DNA of 64,000 bases from Candidatus Thorarchaeota archaeon (lineage in GTDB: Archaea; Asgardarchaeota; Thorarchaeia; Thorarchaeales; Thorarchaeaceae): NCBI GenBank assembly GCA_048882485.1, contig JBHLRP010000002.1, forward strand, positions 70,527 to 134,526, given 5' to 3'. Positions 9,213-18,343 of this stretch are shown here, piece by piece. The position numbers and the translations under genes are program-made. The notes under the pieces were generated by a model that had not been told where the DNA came from, made no database searches, and was given only the letters and a program-made list of their open reading frames with translations. Numbering within the stretch: the first letter of the stretch is position 1; every line of letters starts with the position of its first letter.

Positions 9213-10607
9213 TTGGGCAAAAGATTCGTTCCAAAAGGAGTAATGCCTGCATTGGTCACGCCGTTTACAAAGGATGGAGACATTCTCGAAGAAGGATTCA
9301 GACAGGTGATTGATTTCACCATAGGAAAAGGAGTGACTGGAGTCGTACCAGCTGGGACAACTGGCGAGTTCTCATATCTAAGGACAGAGGAGCGTAAGAA
9401 GCTTCTCAAGCTTGCTGTAGAGTATGTAGATGGAAGAGTCCCTGTCATTGCTGGCACCGGTCAGAATAGCACCAGAGCCACTGTAGCACTTAGCCAATAT
9501 GCGGCTGATATTGGCTGTGATGCCGCACTGATTATTTCTCCATACTATCTACGACCTGCTGACAAGGGATATTATGACCACTATGCCGAAGTTGCCAGAA
9601 AAGTAGAATTGCCCGTAGTAATGTACAATATTCCTCAATGCACACTAGGTATCCTCAACTCAAATGTTGTTGAGGATTTGGCTGAACTTGATAATATTGT
9701 TGGAATCAAAGATAGCGGTGGAAACATCGGACATACGGTTGAATTGATCCAGAAATTGAAGGGGAAGATGCCTGTATTGATTGGTCATGATGAATGCTTC
9801 CTCTCTGCTATAGCAGCTGGTGCAAGTGCTGCCATTATGGCTTCTGCGAACATAATCCCACACATCTGGCTGGAAATCATGGAGTCTGTGAAATCTGGCG
9901 ATTATGCGAATGCTGCTCAACTGCAACAGAATGCACAGACTCTGGCAAGGATAGTCACAAGGAATGGTGGTGGACCACCAGTAAAAGCAGCGCTGAAGAT
10001 GATGGGTATCAAAGCTGGTAGGAGCAGAATGCCCCTTGATACGGGCGGGACATTGACACTCGAACTCAAAGAGGAAATCCGCTTGGAACTAGAAAAGTTG
10101 GGAGTGATTGAGTCATTGACTCATCCCGCTCCTGGGCTCACCGCGATTAAGGATATTCTTCAAGAAATGGATTTGGAAATAAATGAGGCAGATACCAACT
10201 ATGGTGCGGGCTCCAACGATAAGGTCACAGTGAGCATTCTAGCTGGTTCAAAGAGAGGCTCTGTTGGTAGAGCATTTGTGACATTACTAACCACCCCGCA
10301 CGTGGGCCGAGAAGCTCTCACAGTTATTCTTGAGCCGAACTTGCCAGTGAAACCATCAAGCTTGATGTTTCCCATCAGCAAGATTGAATCTATGAGACAG
10401 GCTTCTCTCTTCTATGGACCAGTTCAGGCTGGTGCTGCACGCGCGGTTGCAGAACATCTTGAGAAGAACCTAATCCCCAAAGAGGTCCTATCGAATAATG
10501 TAATTTTGATGGCTTTGGACATAGACTTGAACACGCGTGATCGCAGAGAGATTAGAGCTGCTACTGAAAATGCAGTAAGTGCCGCTCTAAGTCAGATGTG
10601 GAGTTGA
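9213..10607 (+). CDS. DapA/NAL-family class I aldolase fused to a degenerate formaldehyde-activating enzyme (Fae) domain (paralog 1)
   Basis: ALVTPF, GTTGE, YNIP, GIKDS motifs; C-terminal LTVILEPNLPVKP...FYGPVQAGAARAVAE resembles Fae; likely TTG start at 9213 after GGGTGA (track start 9180). Confidence 0.82.
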   Translation: MGKRFVPKGVMPALVTPFTKDGDILEEGFRQVIDFTIGKGVTGVVPAGTTGEFSYLRTEERKKLLKLAVEYVDGRVPVIAGTGQNSTRATVALSQYAADIGCDAALIISPYYLRPADKGYYDHYAEVARKVELPVVMYNIPQCTLGILNSNVVEDLAELDNIVGIKDSGGNIGHTVELIQKLKGKMPVLIGHDECFLSAIAAGASAAIMASANIIPHIWLEIMESVKSGDYANAAQLQQNAQTLARIVTRNGGGPPVKAALKMMGIKAGRSRMPLDTGGTLTLELKEEIRLELEKLGVIESLTHPAPGLTAIKDILQEMDLEINEADTNYGAGSNDKVTVSILAGSKRGSVGRAFVTLLTTPHVGREALTVILEPNLPVKPSSLMFPISKIESMRQASLFYGPVQAGAARAVAEHLEKNLIPKEVLSNNVILMALDIDLNTRDRREIRAATENAVSAALSQMWS

Positions 10608-12091
10608 TGAAAATGGCGAGTCATACCTATCGATTCAAAGGTGTCTATCCTGCTCTGGTTACTCCGTTTGATGAACATGGTGTCAATGAGAAACAGTATC
10701 GACGCCTGATTGATTATACAATTGGAAAGGGTGCTACTGGATTGGTTCCATGCGGTACAACTGGCGAGTTCACCAGCATGCGATTCGAGGAGAAGGTGAA
10801 TGCTATTCGAATAGCCTGCGAAGCTGCTGCTGGACGAGTGCCAGTAGTGGCAGGTACTGGAGCCGCATATACAAATGATGTGATTAAGTTGACAAGAAGG
10901 GCTGCAGAATTTGGAGCCTCCGCAGCTCTTGTCGTAACTCCATACTTCCTCAAACCATCTACAAAGGAGGTCTATGAGCACTTCGAGAAGATAGCGAATT
11001 CATCAGAAATACCAATCATCGTGTATAACATTCCTCAGGTAACCGGGGTCATGCTTGATTGGTGGGTGATTGACGGATTGCGAGAGATTGAGAACATAAT
11101 TGGCTTGAAAGATTCAAGTGGCAATCTCGTGCATTTGACCACAGTTCTTGTTCGCAAACCGGATGAGTTTCAGGTTATGGTTGGGCACGATGAGGTAGCT
11201 CTTCCTGCACTTGCTTCGGGATGTGATGGTGCAATTCTGGCCAGCGCAAACATCTTTCCGGATCGCTACCTAAAGATGCAAGCTGCTCTCGCCACAGGTG
11301 ACCTCAAGGAGGCTCTGATAATTCAAAGAAGCATTCAGAAGACAGTCCGGATTTTTGTCAATCGAGGTGGAGGTCTAGCCATCAAGGCGGGACTAAACAT
11401 GATGGGCATTCCTGTGGGATCGGCTCGTCGCCCTCTACAGGAAAGTGATTCTTTGAGATACGAAGACATTGATGAACTCAGGACTTGTTTGGAAGACCTT
11501 CAATTGATTGAGCGCGGACTTGTGACCTTTAAAATGGGTGAAAGAGAGCTTCTGGCTGAAAGCTATCCAAAGGCGGTGGGACTAGTACCGAATGTTGTAG
11601 AAGATTTGACATTACTACATGGCGAGGCATTGGCAGGAGAAGGGCAAGAGGTGGCACACGTCGACCTAGTTATGGGAGTTAGAGACGGACCGCTTGGTGC
11701 TGCGTTGAAGAATGCTGGAAAGATTGTCGAAGGCGTTCATTCATCAAACATCATCAAGGACCTAGAACCGCTTACTGTGTTTGCACCAACTGTGACTATA
11801 ACGAGTGAGAAGCAGAAGAAGATGGTCATGGAAGTCGCGCAGAGAGCTGTAGCCGATGCTGTTAGACGCACAGTTACAGATGGAGTAATCCCTGAGGAAC
11901 TCATTCCAGACCTTGTTATCGCAGTTAATACATTTGTGCATCCAAATGCTGTTAATCCAAAGAGAGTACACATAAACAACTTCCGAGCTGTTCGCTTTGC
12001 GATTCGAAGAGCAGTTGAGGGGCGACAAACTGTGGAGGAGATTATTCAGCGAAAGGAGTCTGCACGCCATCCATTTGCATATAATCCATGA
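10607..12091 (+). CDS. DapA/NAL-family class I aldolase fused to a Fae domain (paralog 2)
   Basis: ALVTPF, GTTGE, YNIP, GLKDS; C-terminal GEALAGEGQEVAHVDLVMG...AQRAVADAV..GVIP...RHPFAYNP matches Fae; ATG at 10607 overlaps the upstream TGA. Confidence 0.85.
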   Translation: MKMASHTYRFKGVYPALVTPFDEHGVNEKQYRRLIDYTIGKGATGLVPCGTTGEFTSMRFEEKVNAIRIACEAAAGRVPVVAGTGAAYTNDVIKLTRRAAEFGASAALVVTPYFLKPSTKEVYEHFEKIANSSEIPIIVYNIPQVTGVMLDWWVIDGLREIENIIGLKDSSGNLVHLTTVLVRKPDEFQVMVGHDEVALPALASGCDGAILASANIFPDRYLKMQAALATGDLKEALIIQRSIQKTVRIFVNRGGGLAIKAGLNMMGIPVGSARRPLQESDSLRYEDIDELRTCLEDLQLIERGLVTFKMGERELLAESYPKAVGLVPNVVEDLTLLHGEALAGEGQEVAHVDLVMGVRDGPLGAALKNAGKIVEGVHSSNIIKDLEPLTVFAPTVTITSEKQKKMVMEVAQRAVADAVRRTVTDGVIPEELIPDLVIAVNTFVHPNAVNPKRVHINNFRAVRFAIRRAVEGRQTVEEIIQRKESARHPFAYNP

Positions 12092-12194
12092 AATCTATGG
12101 ATTGGTTTTCGGCAAAGGAGTTAATAATGGGTTATCCCCTGAAGGTTGCACCGTTCCATCCCCTAGAATTCACTACACATGAAACAATGGCGGA

Positions 12195-12374
12195 ATGCAA
12201 ATGGAGAAGGATTACTCCGAAGACCTGCAGAGAATCCTGCGCGACATGGACAATCCAAACCTATACACACTGATCAAAGAGGATGAAGAGATTGTTGTTG
12301 AGGTCGAATCAAGGTTCATAGCTATTTCTCGACGCAACGGAAATCTCTACACAAAGCTTCTATCATCAGAATAG
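12195..12374 (+). CDS. Putative small protein (59 aa, below the ORF-track cutoff)
   Basis: Manual translation MQMEKDYSEDLQRILRDMDNPNLYTLIKEDEEIVVEVESRFIAISRRNGNLYTKLLSSE*; protein-like composition; purine-rich GGCGGA just upstream. Confidence 0.5.
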   Translation: MQMEKDYSEDLQRILRDMDNPNLYTLIKEDEEIVVEVESRFIAISRRNGNLYTKLLSSE

Positions 12375-12638
12375 GGCCTGAAGCAAGCATGATAATCAGA
12401 TTGGCCGAATGTTAAGTTTGTGCAGTTTTGGGTATTACTTCTGTAGAAACTACTCCTATTGTCGAAGTTGCATTTCATTGCCCCTTCAAGAAATGGCTTC
12501 TAGCTTAAGTTTTGGAGGGTTCTACAGGATTAAAGATGCAAATCTCGGTTATATACTTGATTTCCTAGGATAGGAGTAAGTCTTGCATCCCTATCAGGCT
12601 GCCGCGACCACCACATCCATCCGTCGGAGTTCCAAAAA

Positions 12639-12812
12639 ATGGCTGAGACCTGCGTAATAAACATCCGCGATCTACCAGGACGGAAATTGCGAAAAAGGGT
12701 CCGTGTATTTTTGCAAGGGGAAACAGTATCGGTTGAAGATGTAGAGGGACAATCTTACGGAGTTACACTTCAGCGAAATAAGCTATTGATCAGTCCTGTG
12801 ACGGGGAATTAG
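12639..12812 (+). CDS. Putative small protein (57 aa) embedded in a structured region
   Basis: MAETCVINIRDLPGRKLRKRVRVFLQGETVSVEDVEGQSYGVTLQRNKLLISPVTGN*; GGAG upstream and TTATATA box near 12549. Confidence 0.4.
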   Translation: MAETCVINIRDLPGRKLRKRVRVFLQGETVSVEDVEGQSYGVTLQRNKLLISPVTGN

Positions 12813-12990
12813 AATCAGCCGATACTTGGTCTCAGCCTACACTTCTTCACTTCTAGTGAGTGGCAGATCTCAGCATGCTCTTGGGTCGTCATCGCGATAG
12901 CTCAGACAGGGGTAACCGCCTCATTGACCTGCTAAATCTAAGTGTAGCCGCTCCTACCCTGATATGTCCTGTGCAAAAAATACGGAATTC
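12641..12990. ncRNA. Candidate structured RNA element of unknown family
   Basis: Nested inverted repeats: GGCTGAGACC (12641-50)/GGTCTCAGCC (12828-37); AGTATCGGTTGA/TCAGCCGATACT; TTGCGAAAA/TTTTTGCAA; CTACACTT/AAGTGTAG. Confidence 0.35.
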
Positions 12991-13217
12991 ATCCAAAGCA
13001 TAAAGATTTCAGAATATAAACGGTATCCGAATAGTCCTCATAATACTAGGGTGAACGAGCATCCTACCTCACAACTATCGCAAAAAAGAAGCCAAATCTT
13101 AAAACCTCATTTATATTGTCAAACTATTAGCGATTCCACAGGTAGGAATGGAGATAGAACAATGCAGACGTACTGCATATCTTACATTCTTCTAGACGAG
13201 TATGTAAGGTTCGATGG

Positions 13218-16200
13218 ATGATGAAAAAGGAAAGCAGCGAGAATCTACCAGGAAGAGAGCGCGTTGAAAAGATAGGCTCTAACTGGACAGAAATGATTAA
13301 GCTTCACAAACAGGCGGCAGAGTCCTATTTAGACCAGAAAAAGGTGAGGGAAGCCGCAGGAGCACACAAAAAGCTTGGATATGCTTATGCGCAGTTTGCA
13401 GAAACAGTTGATACTTCAGGTGAATATATAGACCAGACCAGAAGTGCTATTGATGCCTTCAGAAAAGCTGCGACTCTCTATAAACAGATAGGCAACAGGC
13501 AGGAGGAGTTGGAATGCATTGGAGAAGTCTTCTTCTTCAGCGGGTCTGTAGCAGGGTCCAATATGGAGCTTAAGAAGGCGTTTAGTAAATCTCGTGAGCA
13601 CTTTATTGAATCAAACGAACTCTTTACCAAGGAGAATGATCAAAAGGGTCGAGCGCGGACTTTGAGTCGTGCTGCATTGGTTTCATTCTACCTAATTCTT
13701 CAATCTAACGACAAACAAGAGGCTCAACGGATTTCTCAGGAAGGCATAGCCATTGCAGGAGAATCTTGGGAGCTTTCAAAGGATGTTGGAAATGTTCAAT
13801 CTCTTGCTGAATCATTGTATGCTGCATTTTCTCTATGTGTGGCTCATATGTTTGTTGCACCTTATAGAGGGGATGAGAATTGGAAGGAATACAACAAGAA
13901 ACTCCTATGGAAGTGTGATGAGAGTATAAAGGCTATCGAGGATTGTGACAATCCTCTTTTCATTAGTATGGTTCACCTTGCGGCCGGTACCCTATACACC
14001 TTCTTTGGATTTAATTTCATTAAGCATGATAGAGAACAGAGAGAATACACTGAGAAGGGTTTTCAGTTATTGGAGAAGGCTCTAATCTTCGCAAAGAGAG
14101 CAAATAATAAAATCTTGATATTAACTTCGCTATGGTGGTTGAACTGGAATGCTCTTAATACAGCAAGATACGAGCACATCCAGAAACGAATTTTCGAAGA
14201 CATCTGGCTTATGGAAGAGGCCGGAAGAATATTTGCAGAATCATACTCTTTTTGGTTTCATGCTGGAAAAGTCATGCCAGGTTACTGTTATGCAAACTTG
14301 CTTCGGATGAGTTATTACACTACTGCTCAGAGGAAGGCTTTTGCTGAGAAAGGAATCGAATATACAATGGAGTCCATGAAGAAGGGAACCCCCGGACCAA
14401 CAGATGTTTGGCTATATTCGTCATTAACATGGTCACATTCACTACTAGCTACTTTCGCTGATACGAAAGATAAGCGGAATCAACACGCCCAGAAAATGCT
14501 TCAATACGCTCGAAGGGCTGAAGAAATCTGTGAGGAATTTGATGGAGATTGGACTCGAGCTGCTGGGTATTCTTCCACTTACGGAGCCTACAAGACTCTC
14601 GCAGACATTGCAGAAAGTGAGAAAGAAAGAATCAAGCATCTATCAGCTGCAATAGATGCCGCTAGAAAGTATAATCAACATCCAGTGGAAAGCCGTACCG
14701 GCATCGTAGCATCCCAAATTCGGCTAGGGCTTCTCTACCAAGAGCTTGGTATTTTGGCGACAAAGATCGAACCGCTTAGAAAGGCAAAAGAAACTTTTCT
14801 AAGTGTAATCAAGGAGAGTCGTGATAGGGGATATCATTTCTATGAGGCTGCGGGTCACGAATATGCTGCACATATAGAAGATCGACTTGGCAATCATATT
14901 GCTTCCGCTGAACACTACGAAAAGGCTCAGGAGGCTCACACAGAGTCGTTGAGAACCATTGACTTCAAACCTATGAAAGAGAGGGTAGAGGAGAAAGCAA
15001 ACTATGCTTGTGCATGGAACATGATTGAGAAGGCTAAAGCCTTTCACAGGATGTCAAATTACCAAAAAGCTAAGGAAAACTATGAGAATGCATGTGAAAT
15101 TCTGAAAGAACTACCGAGCTTTGATTATGAAGCATATTACTACTCTGCTTGGGCTATGCAGGAAGACGCAGAACAACTCAGTAGGCAGGAAGAACATGAG
15201 GATGCTTTGGAAAGATATGAAGCAACCAGAAAGAGCTTCGATAGCGCGATAAAATCACTGGAAGAAACCTCCACTTCTTTGAAAAAGAGATATGAGAAAG
15301 AAAGAATCGAGAAACTCAAAAAAGTAGCCAAGGTGAGAATGAACTACTGTTCCGGTAGAGCAGATATCGAAAGAGCAAGAATCCTAGGAAAGCAGGGTGA
15401 ACACCTAGCAGCTGCAGAGAGATTTGCTTCAGCGGCTTCTGAGTTCAAGGATGTTCTAACTCGATTCAGGATTAAAACGGAACGAATGGAGTTGGAGGCT
15501 GTATACAACCTCTGCAGAGCTTGGGAAAGTATGGAGCTTGCAGAGAACTACGATGACGCAGACAGGTTCGCAGAAGCAGCAAGCCTATTCACCGAAGCCA
15601 GCAAGCTCTTCACCGATACCAAGCTGAAGTTGTTAGCCAAAGGTAACTCAGCTTTTTGTAAGGCTTTAAAAAACGGGTGTGAATTTGACGAGTCAACAGA
15701 AACAGATGTCAAAGCATCACTCTATCCAAAAATCAAGACGACGCTTAGAAAGGCAGCGTCTGCCTATCGGAAAGGTGGTTACGATGGCGGAGCCGATTGG
15801 GCTCTTGCAACATCTTCCTATTTCGACGCGACATGGCACCTAATCAAAACGGACGAAGAGTTGGATATTGACAAAAGGAAGAAACTCCTCAAAATCGCGA
15901 CTAAGTATCTGAAATCAGCAGCTGAGCTTTTCAGTAAATCAGGTCACAAACACAAGGAGAGGGAGATACTAGGACGCTTAGACATGGTCGAAAAGGAAGA
16001 GCGTATTCTAGTTTCAGCCTTAGGCACGATAACAGAGCCATCTATCTCTAGAAGCACATTAGGCATTGTCGCCCCTTCATGTCCTACAGAAACCAGCTCC
16101 TCTCCAAGAATAGGGGAAGTTCGTCAGTTCACTGAAAGAGCATCACAGGTCAGAATAGAAACGAGTCAGAGAAAATACGAACTCATTTACGAGAACCTAC

Positions 16201-17045
16201 TTGAAGAAAGCGCAAGTATTCAAAGAAAGGAATGCAGGGTTGGCATCGCCCAGATAGGAGTTTCCAAGACAAGCGATATCCTAAATGAATTCTATGAGAT
16301 GAAGACTGATGGCTTTCTAGGTCTTAGGCAGGATAAAGTCGAAGCTGTAAAATCCAGAGTCATAAGCATGATAGAATTCGCCTACAGAGAAGGTGTGAAC
16401 ATCCTACTATTCCCTGAAATGACCGTCGACCTCAATTACAACGAATTACTAGAAGACATAATCCGCCTAGCTAAGGAATACCGTATGTACATTATCCCAG
16501 GATCATATCATGACGATGATACAAAACAGAACCTCAGTACGGTTGTAGGACCAGAGGGAATCCTTTGGAAACAGGAGAAGCACATTCCAGCTACTATTCA
16601 CTATAAAGGTGAAAGGTTCACTGAGGAAATAGGATCCGGAACGCTCCCGAGGAGAACGTTCGTTTGTGACACAGAGTTTGGAAGGATTGCAATTGTTATA
16701 TGTCGAGACTTTCTGGACATGGACCTAAGGGTGGAGCTAAAGAACTTTGAACCTCCAGTGGATCTAGTGTTCAATCCAGCATTCACCCCGGTTACAGCAG
16801 ACTTCAAGGCAGCCCACTTTGATGCTCGAAGATCCATCTACGCCTATTGTTTCTTTGCAAATATTGCTGAGTTCGGAGATTCGCTCATTTACACTCCTGA
16901 AAAGGAACGTGTCGAAAGAAGTATACCACCGAGGGAGGAAGGTCTAATCTACAAGGATGTGCAGCTTTTCCAACTTCGTTCAGAACGCAAAAAGTGGGAA
17001 AAGAAGCAGGAGAAACAAAGGTCGTTTATACAAAGTACAAGATGA
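13218..17045 (+). CDS. TPR-like alpha-solenoid protein with C-terminal carbon-nitrogen hydrolase (nitrilase) domain
   Basis: About 950 aa of A..Y.KA-type helical repeats; C-terminal VGIAQ, LLFPEM (Glu), QEKH (Lys), ICRDF (Cys) catalytic triad. Confidence 0.8.
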   Translation: MMKKESSENLPGRERVEKIGSNWTEMIKLHKQAAESYLDQKKVREAAGAHKKLGYAYAQFAETVDTSGEYIDQTRSAIDAFRKAATLYKQIGNRQEELECIGEVFFFSGSVAGSNMELKKAFSKSREHFIESNELFTKENDQKGRARTLSRAALVSFYLILQSNDKQEAQRISQEGIAIAGESWELSKDVGNVQSLAESLYAAFSLCVAHMFVAPYRGDENWKEYNKKLLWKCDESIKAIEDCDNPLFISMVHLAAGTLYTFFGFNFIKHDREQREYTEKGFQLLEKALIFAKRANNKILILTSLWWLNWNALNTARYEHIQKRIFEDIWLMEEAGRIFAESYSFWFHAGKVMPGYCYANLLRMSYYTTAQRKAFAEKGIEYTMESMKKGTPGPTDVWLYSSLTWSHSLLATFADTKDKRNQHAQKMLQYARRAEEICEEFDGDWTRAAGYSSTYGAYKTLADIAESEKERIKHLSAAIDAARKYNQHPVESRTGIVASQIRLGLLYQELGILATKIEPLRKAKETFLSVIKESRDRGYHFYEAAGHEYAAHIEDRLGNHIASAEHYEKAQEAHTESLRTIDFKPMKERVEEKANYACAWNMIEKAKAFHRMSNYQKAKENYENACEILKELPSFDYEAYYYSAWAMQEDAEQLSRQEEHEDALERYEATRKSFDSAIKSLEETSTSLKKRYEKERIEKLKKVAKVRMNYCSGRADIERARILGKQGEHLAAAERFASAASEFKDVLTRFRIKTERMELEAVYNLCRAWESMELAENYDDADRFAEAASLFTEASKLFTDTKLKLLAKGNSAFCKALKNGCEFDESTETDVKASLYPKIKTTLRKAASAYRKGGYDGGADWALATSSYFDATWHLIKTDEELDIDKRKKLLKIATKYLKSAAELFSKSGHKHKEREILGRLDMVEKEERILVSALGTITEPSISRSTLGIVAPSCPTETSSSPRIGEVRQFTERASQVRIETSQRKYELIYENLLEESASIQRKECRVGIAQIGVSKTSDILNEFYEMKTDGFLGLRQDKVEAVKSRVISMIEFAYREGVNILLFPEMTVDLNYNELLEDIIRLAKEYRMYIIPGSYHDDDTKQNLSTVVGPEGILWKQEKHIPATIHYKGERFTEEIGSGTLPRRTFVCDTEFGRIAIVICRDFLDMDLRVELKNFEPPVDLVFNPAFTPVTADFKAAHFDARRSIYAYCFFANIAEFGDSLIYTPEKERVERSIPPREEGLIYKDVQLFQLRSERKKWEKKQEKQRSFIQSTR

Positions 17046-17133
17046 AGTGCCCCATTTGAAATCGTGAGAAGCTACTTTCCTATTGCTAGGAATCTTCTTA
17101 GCCTAGACAGTATTGCTCAGTGCAGGTTGTTAT

Positions 17134-18267
17134 ATGACTGACAGAAGCAGACTAGTATCATTAGCACAAGATCTAGTCGCTATCAACTCTGAAAATCCTC
17201 CTGGCAGTGAAGCAGAAGTTGCCAGTATTCTTCAAACCCATATGGAAGACCACGGCATCTCCTGTGTTTCCATCGGGCCTAGAGCGCGGCCCAATCTACT
17301 GTTCTCAACTATAGAGGATGAAATCGGTCCTCTCGTGATTCATGGGCATATGGATACGGTTCCAGTTGGTCCCAGAAACTCCTGGACGCATGACCCATTT
17401 GGAGGGGAGATAGTTGATGGCCTGCTTTTTGGAAGGGGTGCTGCAGACATGAAGGGGCCAGTGGCAGCCCTTGCTGAAACAATGATCCAATATAGTAACG
17501 AAAGGCACTTGACCCCCCTACTCATGCTTGCCACATCAGGTGAAGAGAGCGGCTTCACAGGTGCTGAAGAAGTCGCAAAGAATGGCCGCTTGAATGGAGT
17601 TCAATATGGCGTTTGCGCGGAACCAACTTCGCTTAATGTTTTAGTGGGAGAAAAGGGGATTTTTTGGTCAAGAGTTATCTCAGAAGGAAAGGCGGCCCAT
17701 GGCTCACGACCGGAGGAAGGAATCAATGCTATTGAACTATGTATTCAAGCACTCGAGGTCCTTACAGGGGCTGAGTATGACTATGAACCCGATTTTCTTC
17801 TAGGAACTCAGACGATAGGCGTTGGCCTCATAAAGGGGGGCGTCAAGGTGAATGTGGTCCCCGATACCTGTGAAGCGTTTCTAGATATGCGAATTGTCAA
17901 AGGTCAGACTCCTGAAAGCCTCCTCGATGATATGAACAGGCGACTCGTAGAGGCTGGTCTATCAGACCATGTGAGAGTAGAAACTGTCCATGGAGCATCT
18001 GCAACTATCACGCCTATTGATTCAGAGATTGTTTCAGTCAGTATCGATGCAGTCAGACATATCACTGGCATTGAGCCGAAACCAGCCGCAGCCACTTATG
18101 GAACAGACTGCTCTGTTCTTCAACCCAAAACTGGCATCACCAATGTGATATGCGGTCCCGGTTCAATTGAACAGGCCCATCAACCTGATGAATTCATAGA
18201 CATAGAGCAGCTGGTTCAGTCTGTTGGTGTCTATTTGGAAATTGCTCGACACTTTTCTGGGACATGA
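17134..18267 (+). CDS. M20 family metallopeptidase/amidohydrolase (ArgE/DapE-like)
   Basis: HGHMDTVP, GRGAADMKG, GEESG, AEPT, GKAAHGS, AHQPDE motifs; ATG at 17134. Confidence 0.9.
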   Translation: MTDRSRLVSLAQDLVAINSENPPGSEAEVASILQTHMEDHGISCVSIGPRARPNLLFSTIEDEIGPLVIHGHMDTVPVGPRNSWTHDPFGGEIVDGLLFGRGAADMKGPVAALAETMIQYSNERHLTPLLMLATSGEESGFTGAEEVAKNGRLNGVQYGVCAEPTSLNVLVGEKGIFWSRVISEGKAAHGSRPEEGINAIELCIQALEVLTGAEYDYEPDFLLGTQTIGVGLIKGGVKVNVVPDTCEAFLDMRIVKGQTPESLLDDMNRRLVEAGLSDHVRVETVHGASATITPIDSEIVSVSIDAVRHITGIEPKPAAATYGTDCSVLQPKTGITNVICGPGSIEQAHQPDEFIDIEQLVQSVGVYLEIARHFSGT

Positions 18268-18343
18268 TACTGGTCATCTTGCATAGGAGAAACCTTAAAG
18301 TTGACCTTTGGCAGTGGAGCCCTTTAGAAGACCATCCGCTTAG

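Noticed and set aside
11997-12273. Track ORFs 11997-12182 and 12088-12273 (also 12964-13221)
   Set aside because: Atypical composition, no motifs, and overlap with better-supported ORFs; likely spurious
12375-13217. Structured region as tRNA, SRP RNA or RNase P RNA
   Set aside because: I could not find a T-loop/cloverleaf, the SRP helix-8 motif (CAGG..GGAA..AGCA) or the RNase P GAGGAAAGUCC motif on either strand; left as unknown
12600-17045. DRT/retron-like system (ncRNA + nitrilase)
   Set aside because: No reverse transcriptase (YxDD) domain recognised in the 1275-aa protein or nearby
9213-18267. dapA + dapE lysine biosynthesis cluster
   Set aside because: DapA-like proteins lack the DHDPS Arg and carry Fae domains; the M20 enzyme is generic and 5 kb away; no dapB, asd or lysA present
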